From assembly GCA_025774605.1 (NCBI GenBank), contig JALGVR010000005.1, positions 1 through 52,312 of the forward strand: a stretch of 52,312 nucleotides of DNA. The letters run 5' to 3'. Below, piece by piece: positions 1 through 9,241 of the stretch (position 1 is its first letter; each line of letters starts with the position of its first letter). Below the pieces are notes generated by a model, which did not search any database, was not told the DNA's origin, and saw nothing but the letters and a program-made list of their open reading frames with translations. Source of the DNA: a bacterium (GTDB lineage Bacteria; Electryoneota; AABM5-125-24; Hatepunaeales; Hatepunaeaceae). Both the position numbers and the translations under genes were made by a program.

Positions 1-8
1 TTCTACAA

Positions 9-31
9 GGGCTTGATAAATCAGCCCCTGC
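9..31 (-). repeat. REP-like palindrome (GTAG-type variant)
   Basis: Minus strand reads GCAGGGGCTGATTTATCAAGCCC: a GTAG-like tetranucleotide plus an imperfect GGGCT(T)GAT/ATCA(A)GCCC hairpin. Confidence 0.4.
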
Positions 32-91
32 GTGAAATTTATTCAGGCGTCAGCATTATATCCCAATAGAGGACAGAAGATATTGTCAAGG

Positions 92-121
92 AAATAAACC
101 CGTCCAGCTCGCCGGACGGGT
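92..121 (-). terminator. Probable intrinsic terminator after gcvPB
   Basis: Stem ACCCGTCC (98-105)/GGACGGGT (114-121), followed on the minus strand by TTATTT. Confidence 0.55.
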
Positions 122-196
122 CACATGGGAAGCGCACGAAACGTAAACAGTATGTCGAACGCAAGTTTAATGGATCAAGACTAACTTCGCGGCAGT

Positions 197-1660
197 CTAA
201 CCTTCAGAACTATTTCCTCCCGCACCGTCCCGATAACAGACATCCAGCCTGCGCGCCGCGCTGGCTTCGTCGAGTCGTGACACCGGCGTGTTGTGCGGCG
301 CATTCTTCAGCATGTCGGGGTTCTCGCGCGCTTCACGGTCGATCCGCTTCAGCGCTTCGATGAAACTGTCCAGCGTTGCCAGGGTCTCCGTTTCCGTCGG
401 TTCCATCATCAGCGCCTGGTGTACGATCAGCGGGAAGCTGACGGTCGGGGCGTGGAAGCCGAAGTCGAGCAGCCGCTTGGCGATATCGACGACCTTCAAA
501 CCGTTGATGCACTGATTGTCGGCAGAGAAGACGACTTCGTGCATGCAGAGGTCGTCATAGGGCAGTTTGTAGATGCCGATGAGCCCGGCGCGCAGGTAGT
601 TGGCGTTCAGGATCGCCGTTTCCGAGACCCGCTTCAACCCCTCGCTCCCCAGCGACCTGATGTATGCCGCAGCGCGCACCAGCACACCAAAATTGCCGGC
701 GAAAGCCTGCACCCGCCCGATCGATTCAGGTCTGTCCCAATCCCAGTCGAAGCCGTCGCCGGTCCTCATGATGCGCGGCACCGGCAGGAATCTCCCGAGA
801 TCAGCAGACACCGCCACCGGTCCCGAACCGGGACCGCCACCGCCGTGAGGCGTTGAAAAGGTCTTGTGCAGGTTCAGATGAACGATGTCGAAGCCCAGGT
901 CACCCGGTCGAGCCAGTCCCATCAGGGCGTTCATGTTGGCGCCGTCCATGTAGAGCAGGGCGCCGGCGTCGTGAACCGCTTCGGCGACCTCATCTATCCG
1001 GTTCTCGAACAGCCCGAGTGTGTTGGGGTTGGTTACCATCAACGCCGCGATGTCCGGAGTGAGGGCTTCCTGCAACGCTTTCAGGTCGATCCGGCCGCTT
1101 CGATCGGAAGGGATCGGCACCGGCTCGAACCCCGCCATCACGATCGTCGCCGGGTTGGTGCCGTGCGAGGAGTCCGGGATAAGGACCTTCGTGCGCATAT
1201 CGTGACGCGAACGGTGGTAAGCCCTTGTCAGGAGCATGCCGGTCAGCTCGCCGTGTGCGCCGGCCGCCGGTTGAAGCGTTACCGCCGACAGACCGGTGAT
1301 CTCGCACAGCCATTCCTCGAGCGTCGCCATCAATTCCAGCGCGCCCTGGATAGTCGCAGCAGGCTGATGCGGGTGCAGTCCCGCAAATCCCGGCAGCGCG
1401 GCAAGGGTCTCGCTGACCTTGGGATTGTACTTCATCGTGCACGATCCGAGCGGATAGAAGCCCTTGTCAACGTGATGGTTCATGGTCGACAGGTTGATGA
1501 AATGCCGCACGACTTCGGACTCGGCAACCTGGGGCAGATCGAGCTCCCTGCGGCGCATTTCCCGCGGCGGTCCGGCAATATCCTCGGGAATGTCGGATGG
1601 CGGTATGTGACTGCTGCCGGCAGTCTGATTGTTAAGTTTGAATATCAACGGTGTGGACAT
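197..1660 (-). CDS. gcvPB: Glycine dehydrogenase (decarboxylating) subunit 2
   Basis: YPLGSCTMKYNP, QPAAGAHGE, PLP-lysine motif HLNLHKTFSTPHGGGGPG, KRLLDFGFHAPT, MEPTETE. Confidence 0.96.
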   Translation of the reverse strand: MSTPLIFKLNNQTAGSSHIPPSDIPEDIAGPPREMRRRELDLPQVAESEVVRHFINLSTMNHHVDKGFYPLGSCTMKYNPKVSETLAALPGFAGLHPHQPAATIQGALELMATLEEWLCEITGLSAVTLQPAAGAHGELTGMLLTRAYHRSRHDMRTKVLIPDSSHGTNPATIVMAGFEPVPIPSDRSGRIDLKALQEALTPDIAALMVTNPNTLGLFENRIDEVAEAVHDAGALLYMDGANMNALMGLARPGDLGFDIVHLNLHKTFSTPHGGGGPGSGPVAVSADLGRFLPVPRIMRTGDGFDWDWDRPESIGRVQAFAGNFGVLVRAAAYIRSLGSEGLKRVSETAILNANYLRAGLIGIYKLPYDDLCMHEVVFSADNQCINGLKVVDIAKRLLDFGFHAPTVSFPLIVHQALMMEPTETETLATLDSFIEALKRIDREARENPDMLKNAPHNTPVSRLDEASAARRLDVCYRDGAGGNSSEG

Positions 1661-1728
1661 TGTGACAGCCTTCAGTTATTGGTTTCGGTTCACTCCTCCT
1701 GCAGAGTAGGTGACGTCACCGCTTCATT

Positions 1729-1752
1729 GTCATTCCCGCGAAAGCGGGAATT
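1729..1752 (+). repeat. REP-like palindrome, GTCATTCCCGCG family
   Basis: GTCATTCCCGCGAAAGCGGGAATT; near-identical to the copy at 6258-6284. Confidence 0.75.
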
Positions 1753-1918
1753 TAGAATACTGTTATTATTAAGCTTACATCAATAACAGGGCATGAACAC
1801 CTTAATTCGGCATAAGTGTATAAACAACAAGCCGGATTCCGGTTTTCCGGTCTGTCCGAAGATGATCGGTTCTTCGCTGTTTCATATGGGCTGTGATACA
1901 AAAGGGTAACTTTAACCT

Positions 1919-1943
1919 GGAGGGCGGACATTCCTGTCCGCCC
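1919..1943 (+). repeat. REP-like palindrome, GGAG family
   Basis: GGAGGGCGGACATTCCTGTCCGCCC; same unit as the pair at 14508-14590. Confidence 0.8.
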
Positions 1944-2059
1944 CGCGGGCGCAGGGTTAATCCCGATCCCCGGACCGCAAGGGTCCGGGCCGCGTCGTCA
2001 GTTTCTTAGAGATGACAACAGGAAAACCCATATTATCAACCCTACATCTACAGTGCTGT

Positions 2060-3838
2060 TCAGGAAAACTGCAAACGGTACAGCCTGGCATAGATGCCGT
2101 CCTGTGCCAACAGTTCTTTATGCGTGCCGGTCTCGCGGACGCGACCCTTGTGGATCACCACGATCCTGTCCGCCTGCTGAATGGTTGAAAGCCTGTGAGC
2201 CACCACCAGCGTGGTGCGATCCTTCATCAGCCGCTCCAGCGCCTCCTGTATCTGCCGTTCGGTCTCGGTGTCCACTGCGGACGTGGCTTCATCGAGCAGC
2301 ATAATCGGCGCATCGGCGGCAACGGCGCGCGCTATCGCCAGCAGTTGCTTCTGTCCGCCCGATAGCCTGGCGCCCCGCTCGCCGACCGATTCGTCCATCG
2401 CATCGGGCAATGCCTCGACGAATTCAAGCGCATTGGCGCTCCGCAGCGCATCCTTAAGCTCGGCTTCGCTGACGGCGGTGTCGCCAAGGGTGACGTTATC
2501 GGCGATGGAGCCGCTGAACAGAAACACGTCCTGCTGAACCACTCCGAATACCCTTCTCAGATCGGCGACGTTATATTCTCGAATGTCCCTGCCGTCAAGG
2601 AGTATATGCCCGGACGTCACATCCCAGAACCGTTGCAGCAGGCTGATCAACGTGGTCTTGCCCGCGCCGGTGGCGCCGACGATGGCGACCGTCTGACCGG
2701 GCTCGACACTAAAAGATACATCCGTAAGTACCCTTTCGCCACTCTTGTACTCGAATCCCACCCGGTCGAACTCGACTTTGCCCCTTATGCCTCCGGTCGA
2801 AACCGGTTCCGGCGGATCATCTATCTCCGGCTCGGTGTCGAACAGCCAGAACACCCGTTCCGCAGCCGCCATTGCCGCCTGCATGGTGTTGTAACGCTCG
2901 CTGAGGTCGCGGATCGGCCGGAAGAAGCGTTCGGCGTACTGCAGGAACGCCACCAGCGCGCCCCAGCTCAGCGCGTCGTCCCTGATCATCAATCCGCCGA
3001 CCAGCAGGATCAGCGCGGTGGAGATCGCCGACGTCAACTGAACACCCGGGAAGAACAGGGCGAAATAACGGATGGCTCTCAGGTAGGCGTTGCGGAAATC
3101 GATGTTCAAGAGCCTGAATTTCTTCAACGCATACTTCTTCTTGACAAACAGTTGAACCGTGCGTACGCCGCTGATGTGCTCCTGCATGAAGCCGTTCAGC
3201 TTTGCCAGAGCCTCGCGTATATCACGGAAGGTAACCCGCACCTTTCGCCTGAAAGCAACGACCATCCAGATCAGCAGCGGCAGAACGAGGAAGGTGACCA
3301 GCGCCAGCTTCAGGTTCAACACGATCATCACCACGACGATCCCCACCAGCGTCAGCAGGTCGCCGACTATCGACACCACGCCGGTGCTGAACAGCTCGTT
3401 TAACGTCTGGATGTCGTTGGTGACGCGTGTCATCATCCAGCCGATCGGTTTGGAATCGATGAACTTGACGTCCATGCGTTGCAGGTGGTCAAAGAGCCGC
3501 GTGCGCATGTCAAAAACCACCCGCTGTCCGATCCATTGGGTCAGATACATCTGCAGGGAGCGAAAGATGAACGTTATTACCTGCAAACCCATGAATAACA
3601 GGACGATCCAGCCCAGCCCCTCCAGCCTGCCGACGGCTATATGTTCATCGATGCCGATCTTGATGATCAGGGGCCCCGCCAGCTCCGCGCCCGTTCCGAC
3701 CAGGAGCAGAACGACCGCGCAGACCAGGTGAAGGTAATAACCCTTCATGAAGCCAAGCAGCCTCTTCATCAGCCGGGCGTCGTAAGCCTGCCCGTAGATG
3801 TCCTCATCCGGGCCAAGGGCGTGGGGACCGGGACTCAT
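2060..3838 (-). CDS. ABC exporter, fused TMD+NBD (MdlB/YheH-like half of a heterodimer)
   Basis: Hydrophobic N-terminal half; Walker A GATGAGKT, LSGGQ, Walker B MLLDE, AHRLST; 4-nt overlap with the upstream partner. Confidence 0.93.
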   Translation of the reverse strand: MSPGPHALGPDEDIYGQAYDARLMKRLLGFMKGYYLHLVCAVVLLLVGTGAELAGPLIIKIGIDEHIAVGRLEGLGWIVLLFMGLQVITFIFRSLQMYLTQWIGQRVVFDMRTRLFDHLQRMDVKFIDSKPIGWMMTRVTNDIQTLNELFSTGVVSIVGDLLTLVGIVVVMIVLNLKLALVTFLVLPLLIWMVVAFRRKVRVTFRDIREALAKLNGFMQEHISGVRTVQLFVKKKYALKKFRLLNIDFRNAYLRAIRYFALFFPGVQLTSAISTALILLVGGLMIRDDALSWGALVAFLQYAERFFRPIRDLSERYNTMQAAMAAAERVFWLFDTEPEIDDPPEPVSTGGIRGKVEFDRVGFEYKSGERVLTDVSFSVEPGQTVAIVGATGAGKTTLISLLQRFWDVTSGHILLDGRDIREYNVADLRRVFGVVQQDVFLFSGSIADNVTLGDTAVSEAELKDALRSANALEFVEALPDAMDESVGERGARLSGGQKQLLAIARAVAADAPIMLLDEATSAVDTETERQIQEALERLMKDRTTLVVAHRLSTIQQADRIVVIHKGRVRETGTHKELLAQDGIYARLYRLQFS

Positions 3839-5724
3839 GAGATCTCCCCCAGTTCATCGGCGAGGCGTTGGCGGTGGTACATATCGGCGTAGACACCGCC
3901 GAGCTTCATCAGTTCCTCATGGGTGCCGAATTCAGCCACAGCGCCACCCTCAAGTACTGCGATACGGTCGGCGCGCTCGGACGCGGCGAGCCGGTGAGTC
4001 ACCAGGATTACGGTTTTGCCCTTGAGCCCGGTCTTGATGTTGTTGATGATCTCGGACTCGGTGCGCGTGTCGACAGCGCTGAGGGCGTCGTCCAGGACGA
4101 GTATCGGTGGATCGAGCAACAGGGCGCGCGCCAGCGTGAGCCGTTGCTGCTGACCACCGGAAAGGGTTACGCCCCGCTCGCCGATGCGGGTGTCATATGC
4201 GTCGGGGAAATCGTCTACATCGAGGTCAAAGCGGGCCATCTGTGCCGCGTGCCGGATCTCCTGGACCGTGGCGTCGGGTTTGCCGAATGCGATGTTCTCG
4301 GTGATCGTGGCTGAAAAGAGGAACGGCGTCTGATCAACATAGCCTATCATGCGGCGCAGTCGGGATACCGGCAGTTCGTTCCAGGCCACCTCCCGCCCGT
4401 CAGCCGCCGAACGAGACTCCCGGGAGGCAGTACGTCCAGCCTCAAGCCTCGCCGGGGGCGCGAGCTCGGGAAATCCACTGAGAATCACAGTACCCTGCCG
4501 GGGTTCATACAAGCGGCTTAGTATCCGCAACAGCGTACTCTTCCCCGATCCGGTTCTGCCCACCACGGCGGTGATTTTTCCTTGCGGGAACAGCAGATTC
4601 AGATTGTCAAAGACCTGCGGTCCCTGATCGTTGTAGCTGAAACGGATGTTGCTGAACCTTATGCCGGACGCTTGAGCCTCGGACGCCGGCTGGACGGTCT
4701 TATCGTCGGCTTCATGACCATCAGCCGAGCCGTCATCATCGGAGAACTGTTCATTGACGTCGAGTATCTCCCTTAGTCGCTTGTGTGAAGCCTTGCCGCG
4801 CTGGTAGAGGTGAGTGACCCAGCCCAGTGCGATCATCGGCCAGGTCATCAACGCCAGGTAGCTCAGGAAGGCGATGAAGTCGCCCAGTCCGATAACTCCG
4901 GCGATTACTCTCTGCCCGCCGACCCACATGATACCGGCGACGCCGAACCCGATCAGCATGGTCAAGACAGGCATGAACAGCGCCTGTACCCTTGCCACGA
5001 CCATGCTGCGCTTGAAGTAAAGCCTGCAGGTGGCGGCGAATTTTTCTGATTCGCGCTGCTCGCGCACGAAGGATTTTATCACCCTTGCGCCGGAGAGATT
5101 CTCCTGGACATGCGCCTCCAACGCACCATATACCCTCTGCTGCTGCAGGTTCACACGGTGTATCGTACCGGTCAATGATATCACAACGCCGCCGATGACG
5201 GGCGCCAGGATCATCACGAGCAGCGCAAGTTTGGGATCCAGGTAGAACATCATCGCGGCGGAGAAGATCAGCGTCAGCGAGGTGGCGACCGAGAATTGCA
5301 ACGCCGGTCCCAACACCATCCTGACCCGTTCAAGATCATCGGTCGAACGCGCCATCAGGTCACCGGTCAGGCTGCGGTCGAAGAACTTCGGCGCCAGGCT
5401 GAGAAGGTGGCTGAAATAATTCTCGCGCAGGTCGCTCTCCACCCACCGTGAAGCCCCGATGACCACGCGACGCATCAGGTAACGGAAGACGCCGCCGATG
5501 AAGGCGACGATGATGATCGACCCGGCGAAGCCGTACAGCCAGCCGACAGGACGCGACGCCTGCAGGGCGTTTACGCCCGACCTGAGCAGCATCGGACCCA
5601 GGACGTCAAACGCCGAAGCCAGCGCCGCCGCGGTCAGTCCGAAAGCAAGCCGTTTGCGGTACGGTCTGGTGAATGCGGCCAGAGTGCCAATGAAGCTCGT
5701 ATCATTGAATGACATTCTCTTCAA
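3835..5724 (-). CDS. ABC exporter, fused TMD+NBD (MdlA/YheI-like half; degenerate catalytic base); ATG at 5715 is an alternative start
   Basis: TGDLMAR, Walker A GRTGSGKS, LSGGQ, Walker B LVLDD (E to D), THR H-loop. Confidence 0.92.
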   Translation of the reverse strand: MKRMSFNDTSFIGTLAAFTRPYRKRLAFGLTAAALASAFDVLGPMLLRSGVNALQASRPVGWLYGFAGSIIIVAFIGGVFRYLMRRVVIGASRWVESDLRENYFSHLLSLAPKFFDRSLTGDLMARSTDDLERVRMVLGPALQFSVATSLTLIFSAAMMFYLDPKLALLVMILAPVIGGVVISLTGTIHRVNLQQQRVYGALEAHVQENLSGARVIKSFVREQRESEKFAATCRLYFKRSMVVARVQALFMPVLTMLIGFGVAGIMWVGGQRVIAGVIGLGDFIAFLSYLALMTWPMIALGWVTHLYQRGKASHKRLREILDVNEQFSDDDGSADGHEADDKTVQPASEAQASGIRFSNIRFSYNDQGPQVFDNLNLLFPQGKITAVVGRTGSGKSTLLRILSRLYEPRQGTVILSGFPELAPPARLEAGRTASRESRSAADGREVAWNELPVSRLRRMIGYVDQTPFLFSATITENIAFGKPDATVQEIRHAAQMARFDLDVDDFPDAYDTRIGERGVTLSGGQQQRLTLARALLLDPPILVLDDALSAVDTRTESEIINNIKTGLKGKTVILVTHRLAASERADRIAVLEGGAVAEFGTHEELMKLGGVYADMYHRQRLADELGEIS

Positions 5725-6164
5725 GCAGCTCCCGTTTCGAGGGAACGAACCCGGTACGGCAGCCTTTCACGCAGACCTTCGGCCTCCTCTTGCGTGGGGG
5801 TGATCAGAATTACATCCTCCTTCATGCTCAGCGGGTCGACATCCCCGACGATACGCCATTCACTTTCCCGCCGCCAGTCATGTTTCATCGCCGTATTAAC
5901 CCTTCCGCCCTGAAACTGGTAGTATGTTTTATCCTCAGGCGATAATCGACCATACATGTCCTTCGATCCGTAAATTACCCGGCGGGCGCACAGTTTTCGC
6001 GGCACGCGGGATGTTATCAAAATACAACGATCACAGCCGCTTTCCAATGCCGCGCCAGTTACAGCGACACCTTTAATTAAATGGTTGAAGGATGGTTCGG
6101 CGGACGCAACAGGATATACAGGGAATTCTTTAAGCTGTTCTCGAGGAACGATTTCCACGTTCAA
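5721..6164 (-). pseudogene. Probable truncated gene or hypothetical protein; only the C-terminal ~90 aa look protein-like
   Basis: ARRVIYG...YYQFQ...HDWRRESEWRIVGD; stop overlaps the ABC gene start (TTGA); 5' part is AT-richer with a TTG start. Confidence 0.4.
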
Positions 6165-6257
6165 TTTAAGCCTGATTTAGCCTGCGGTTCTTCGCTTCAT
6201 TGACTGGGAGCGCGGACACTACTACCTACTTGAGTAAAAAAGCGTATGAAAGATGCT

Positions 6258-6338
6258 GTCATTCCCGCGAAGGCGGGAATCCAGGCAACTTACGTAATAT
6301 CAAATGCTTATCTGGATTCCCGCCTTCGCGGGATTAAT
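6258..6338. repeat. Inverted pair of GTCATTCCCGCG-family palindromes
   Basis: GTCATTCCCGCGAAGGCGGGAATCCAG (6258-6284) and its reverse complement CTGGATTCCCGCCTTCGCGGGA (6312-6333). Confidence 0.85.
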
Positions 6339-6393
6339 AACGGTTATATATGCAAGTAGGTACTACCGTCCGCGCATGCAGCCGATTGCAGTA

Positions 6394-7020
6394 TCACCCG
6401 ATCACGGTCGTCCTCAGCCTCTCGATCTGTTCATCGGTCAACCTCATCGGTTCACCGATCAGGCGGGCGATAAATGTAACCTTTGCGCAGAACTCAAGCC
6501 GTTCCAGCCGGTGGTGGGCTTCGATCAGGGTCTCTCCCGCCGTCAGAGCGCCGTGCCGGTCAAGAATGACGGCATCATGACCGTCGATCAAGCCTTTTAT
6601 TGCTTCCGCTCCTTCAGCGCTCGAAGGCGCGGCGAAGGGCGCGGTCGGGACGCGCCCCAGTGTCATGACCATCTCGGGCAGCAGATCCGCCTCAAGCGAA
6701 ACCCCCGCCAGGCTGAGGGCGACAGTATACGGCGGGTGGGCGTGGATGACGGCGTTGACGTCCGGTCGTATCCGGTATGCCTCGAAGTGCATCGGAGCTT
6801 CACTGGTCAAGCGACCGTCCGTCTCGAGATGACCTCCCCTGTCGCAGACAAGCAGCTCATCCTCGACGAGATCTCCCTTGCACCTGCCGGCGGGTGTAAA
6901 CAGAAACCTGCCGGAGGCCAGCCTGATCGATATGTTTCCATCGGTCGCCACAACCAGACCGCTGTCATACAGTCTATGCGCAACGGAGACAATCTCATGT
7001 CTGGCCTGCCGTTCGTTCAT
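6394..7020 (-). CDS. Class II aldolase/adducin family protein (FucA-like)
   Basis: DGNISIR, TSEAPMH, metal-binding VIHAHPPY and RHG. Confidence 0.9.
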   Translation of the reverse strand: MNERQARHEIVSVAHRLYDSGLVVATDGNISIRLASGRFLFTPAGRCKGDLVEDELLVCDRGGHLETDGRLTSEAPMHFEAYRIRPDVNAVIHAHPPYTVALSLAGVSLEADLLPEMVMTLGRVPTAPFAAPSSAEGAEAIKGLIDGHDAVILDRHGALTAGETLIEAHHRLERLEFCAKVTFIARLIGEPMRLTDEQIERLRTTVIG

Positions 7021-7718
7021 CGTCGATCACCGGTTTGCGGCTCTTCGCTGATCTCGCCGTCCAACATCCCGACGATCCGGTCGGCGTATCCGAGCAGGCG
7101 GGGATCATGGGTTACCATAATCACGGTTTGTCCCTCCTGAGACAGCCTGACCAGTAGTTCAACGATCTCCTGCCCGGTTTTCGTGTCAAGGTTGCCGGTG
7201 GGCTCATCGGCAAGTACCACAGAGGGGTTACTCGCCAGAGCCCTGGCGACCGCAACCCGCTGCTGCTCACCGCCCGACAACTGCGAGGGCAGATGGTTCA
7301 TTCGTCGCGCCAGCCCAACCTTCTCGAGCGCGAGTTGCGCCCTCTCCAGCCGCTCCGAATCCTTCATTGAACGGTAGGAAAGGGGCAGTATCACGTTTCT
7401 CAGCGCCGACGTGCGCGGCAGGAGGTTGAAATTCTGGAAGATAAAGCCGATGGTTCGGTTCCTTACACGTGATCGCTCGTCATCGCTCAAGTCGCCGACA
7501 TTCCTGCCGTCAAGGTGGTAGCTCCCGCTGTCCGGGGTGTCAAGCAGTCCGATAATGTTCATCAGGGTGGATTTGCCGGAGCCGGACGGACCGGATACGA
7601 CCAGGAAATCGCCCTTGTTTACAGCAAGATTGACATCCTTCAAGGCGTGGACAGTCACGGAGCCCATCGGATAGCTTTTGTGGATACCGCTGAGATTGAT
7701 TAAATATGAGTTGTTCAA
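7017..7718 (-). CDS. ABC ATP-binding protein, MacB/LolD/YknY type
   Basis: [41 protein letters not shown]. Confidence 0.93.
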   Translation of the reverse strand: MNNSYLINLSGIHKSYPMGSVTVHALKDVNLAVNKGDFLVVSGPSGSGKSTLMNIIGLLDTPDSGSYHLDGRNVGDLSDDERSRVRNRTIGFIFQNFNLLPRTSALRNVILPLSYRSMKDSERLERAQLALEKVGLARRMNHLPSQLSGGEQQRVAVARALASNPSVVLADEPTGNLDTKTGQEIVELLVRLSQEGQTVIMVTHDPRLLGYADRIVGMLDGEISEEPQTGDRR

Positions 7719-7758
7719 GTCGATCTTGGTAATGTTGCCTGAATCCTGCTGATCTGCA

Positions 7759-9138
7759 TTATCTCAAAACCTTGCCGGTCGCCAGCTCCAGCTCACCGAG
7801 CGCCACGTAGAATTCGGTCTCGAGGTCAATCTGATCGTTCTTAGCCTGGATATAGCTGATCTGCGCGCTGCCCAGTTCGATAACCGTCGCGCTGCCGAGT
7901 CTGTACCGCTCCTGTTCGAACTTGAGCGTCTCCTCCGCCCAGCGGCTGTTCTGAGCCGCCACCTGAACCTGGTCATAAAGCGAGACCAGTCTGTCCGTCG
8001 CGATCCTGACCTGGTGGCGAACGTCCCGGGCCAGTTCGAAAGCCGACAGTTTCGCCTGGTGATTGCGCACCTTCGCCTCCTGGAGCCTCAGCGACCGCGT
8101 GAACCGGTTGAACAGCGTCCACCTCAGGTTCAGGCCTACCTCCGTGTACCTGTTGCGCGGTTTAAGCGAATATGCCCTGTCGACGCCGGATTGCTCAGAG
8201 CGCGAATGCAGGTAGGACAATGACAGTGACGGCAGATAATCCCCCTTGGCGGCGAGATGATCGTTGCCCGTGGTCTTGACTGCCAATTCGGCGGACCTGA
8301 GATCGCCGCGCAGTTCAACAGCCTGATCGGCGAGCGCCGCCGCGTCCCAATCAGGCTTGAACGGCGGGGGAAGCCCGGCAAAGCTGTAAACCGTATCCAG
8401 CGGCAGACCGATTTGTATATTGAGTTCCTCGAAGGTGCGTCTTTTCTCAAGATGCGCGGACAGACTGTCGCTGAGCGCCCGCCCCAGGTCGACCTCGGCC
8501 TGCATCACGTCGCGGCGGGTTACCGAGCCCGTTTCAAACCGGGTTTCGGCGAGCTTGAGCTGCAACCTCCTCTGATCAACAATCCTGCCGGCGAGTTCGA
8601 GCCTCCTCTCGGCGGCGACCGCCTGCGCGAAGGCACGGGTGATCTCCGAGCGCAGCAAAAACCGCTCGTACTCGAGATTACTGCGCCTGGTCCTGTTGAC
8701 CAGTGCGCTGTTTTTCAAATTGAGGTAGTTCCGCCCGCCGTCGAAGATAATCTCCTCGACGTTAATGAAATAACTTGAATTGCGTCGTTTACCCTCCGGA
8801 ACTCCGTGCACGATGACCGTTTCTCGACCGTCGATTGTAACGGTCTCGGAATAGGGCAGTGTCACCACCTTCCCGTCCGCATCCACGTAGGTCGGGTTAT
8901 AGTATTTCGACTGGTCGATGCCGTAGCCGACCAGAACCGAAGGCAGGAACTGACCCCAGGCTGCCAGCGATCCGGGTCGGTCAAGCTGTTTCTCCAGCGC
9001 GGTTCTGCGCAGGGAAGGGTTGCGATCCAGCCCCCACTGTATGCACTGGTTGAGTGTCACCTGAGCCGGCAGGGACAAGGGATATCCGGCAACCAGCAAG
9101 ACTGTCAGCGCGGCCAGGGATTTGTATCTGTTCATCAT
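7759..9138 (-). CDS. TolC family outer-membrane efflux protein
   Basis: Signal peptide; two OEP-like repeats (FLPS..., RFETGS; YLPSLSL..., RYRLGSAT); C-terminal LELATG. Confidence 0.85.
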   Translation of the reverse strand: MMNRYKSLAALTVLLVAGYPLSLPAQVTLNQCIQWGLDRNPSLRRTALEKQLDRPGSLAAWGQFLPSVLVGYGIDQSKYYNPTYVDADGKVVTLPYSETVTIDGRETVIVHGVPEGKRRNSSYFINVEEIIFDGGRNYLNLKNSALVNRTRRSNLEYERFLLRSEITRAFAQAVAAERRLELAGRIVDQRRLQLKLAETRFETGSVTRRDVMQAEVDLGRALSDSLSAHLEKRRTFEELNIQIGLPLDTVYSFAGLPPPFKPDWDAAALADQAVELRGDLRSAELAVKTTGNDHLAAKGDYLPSLSLSYLHSRSEQSGVDRAYSLKPRNRYTEVGLNLRWTLFNRFTRSLRLQEAKVRNHQAKLSAFELARDVRHQVRIATDRLVSLYDQVQVAAQNSRWAEETLKFEQERYRLGSATVIELGSAQISYIQAKNDQIDLETEFYVALGELELATGKVLR

Positions 9139-9210
9139 GGGTGATTATTCTGTGATCTATCAGTTTTCAGGTTTTTGCGTTGTTAAGTGGGATATTTCAA
9201 ATTGTTCCCT

Positions 9211-9234
9211 GTGGGCGGACGTTCCCGGCTGCAC
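9211..9234 (+). repeat. Degenerate GGAG-family REP copy
   Basis: GTGGGCGGACGTTCCCGGCTGCAC resembles GAGGGCGGACATTCCTGTCCGCCC. Confidence 0.35.
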
Positions 9235-9241
9235 CAAGGCG

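Noticed and set aside
3835-5724. Walker B LVLDD read as an inactivated transporter
   Set aside because: A degenerate site in one half is normal for heterodimeric ABC exporters; the partner retains LLDE.
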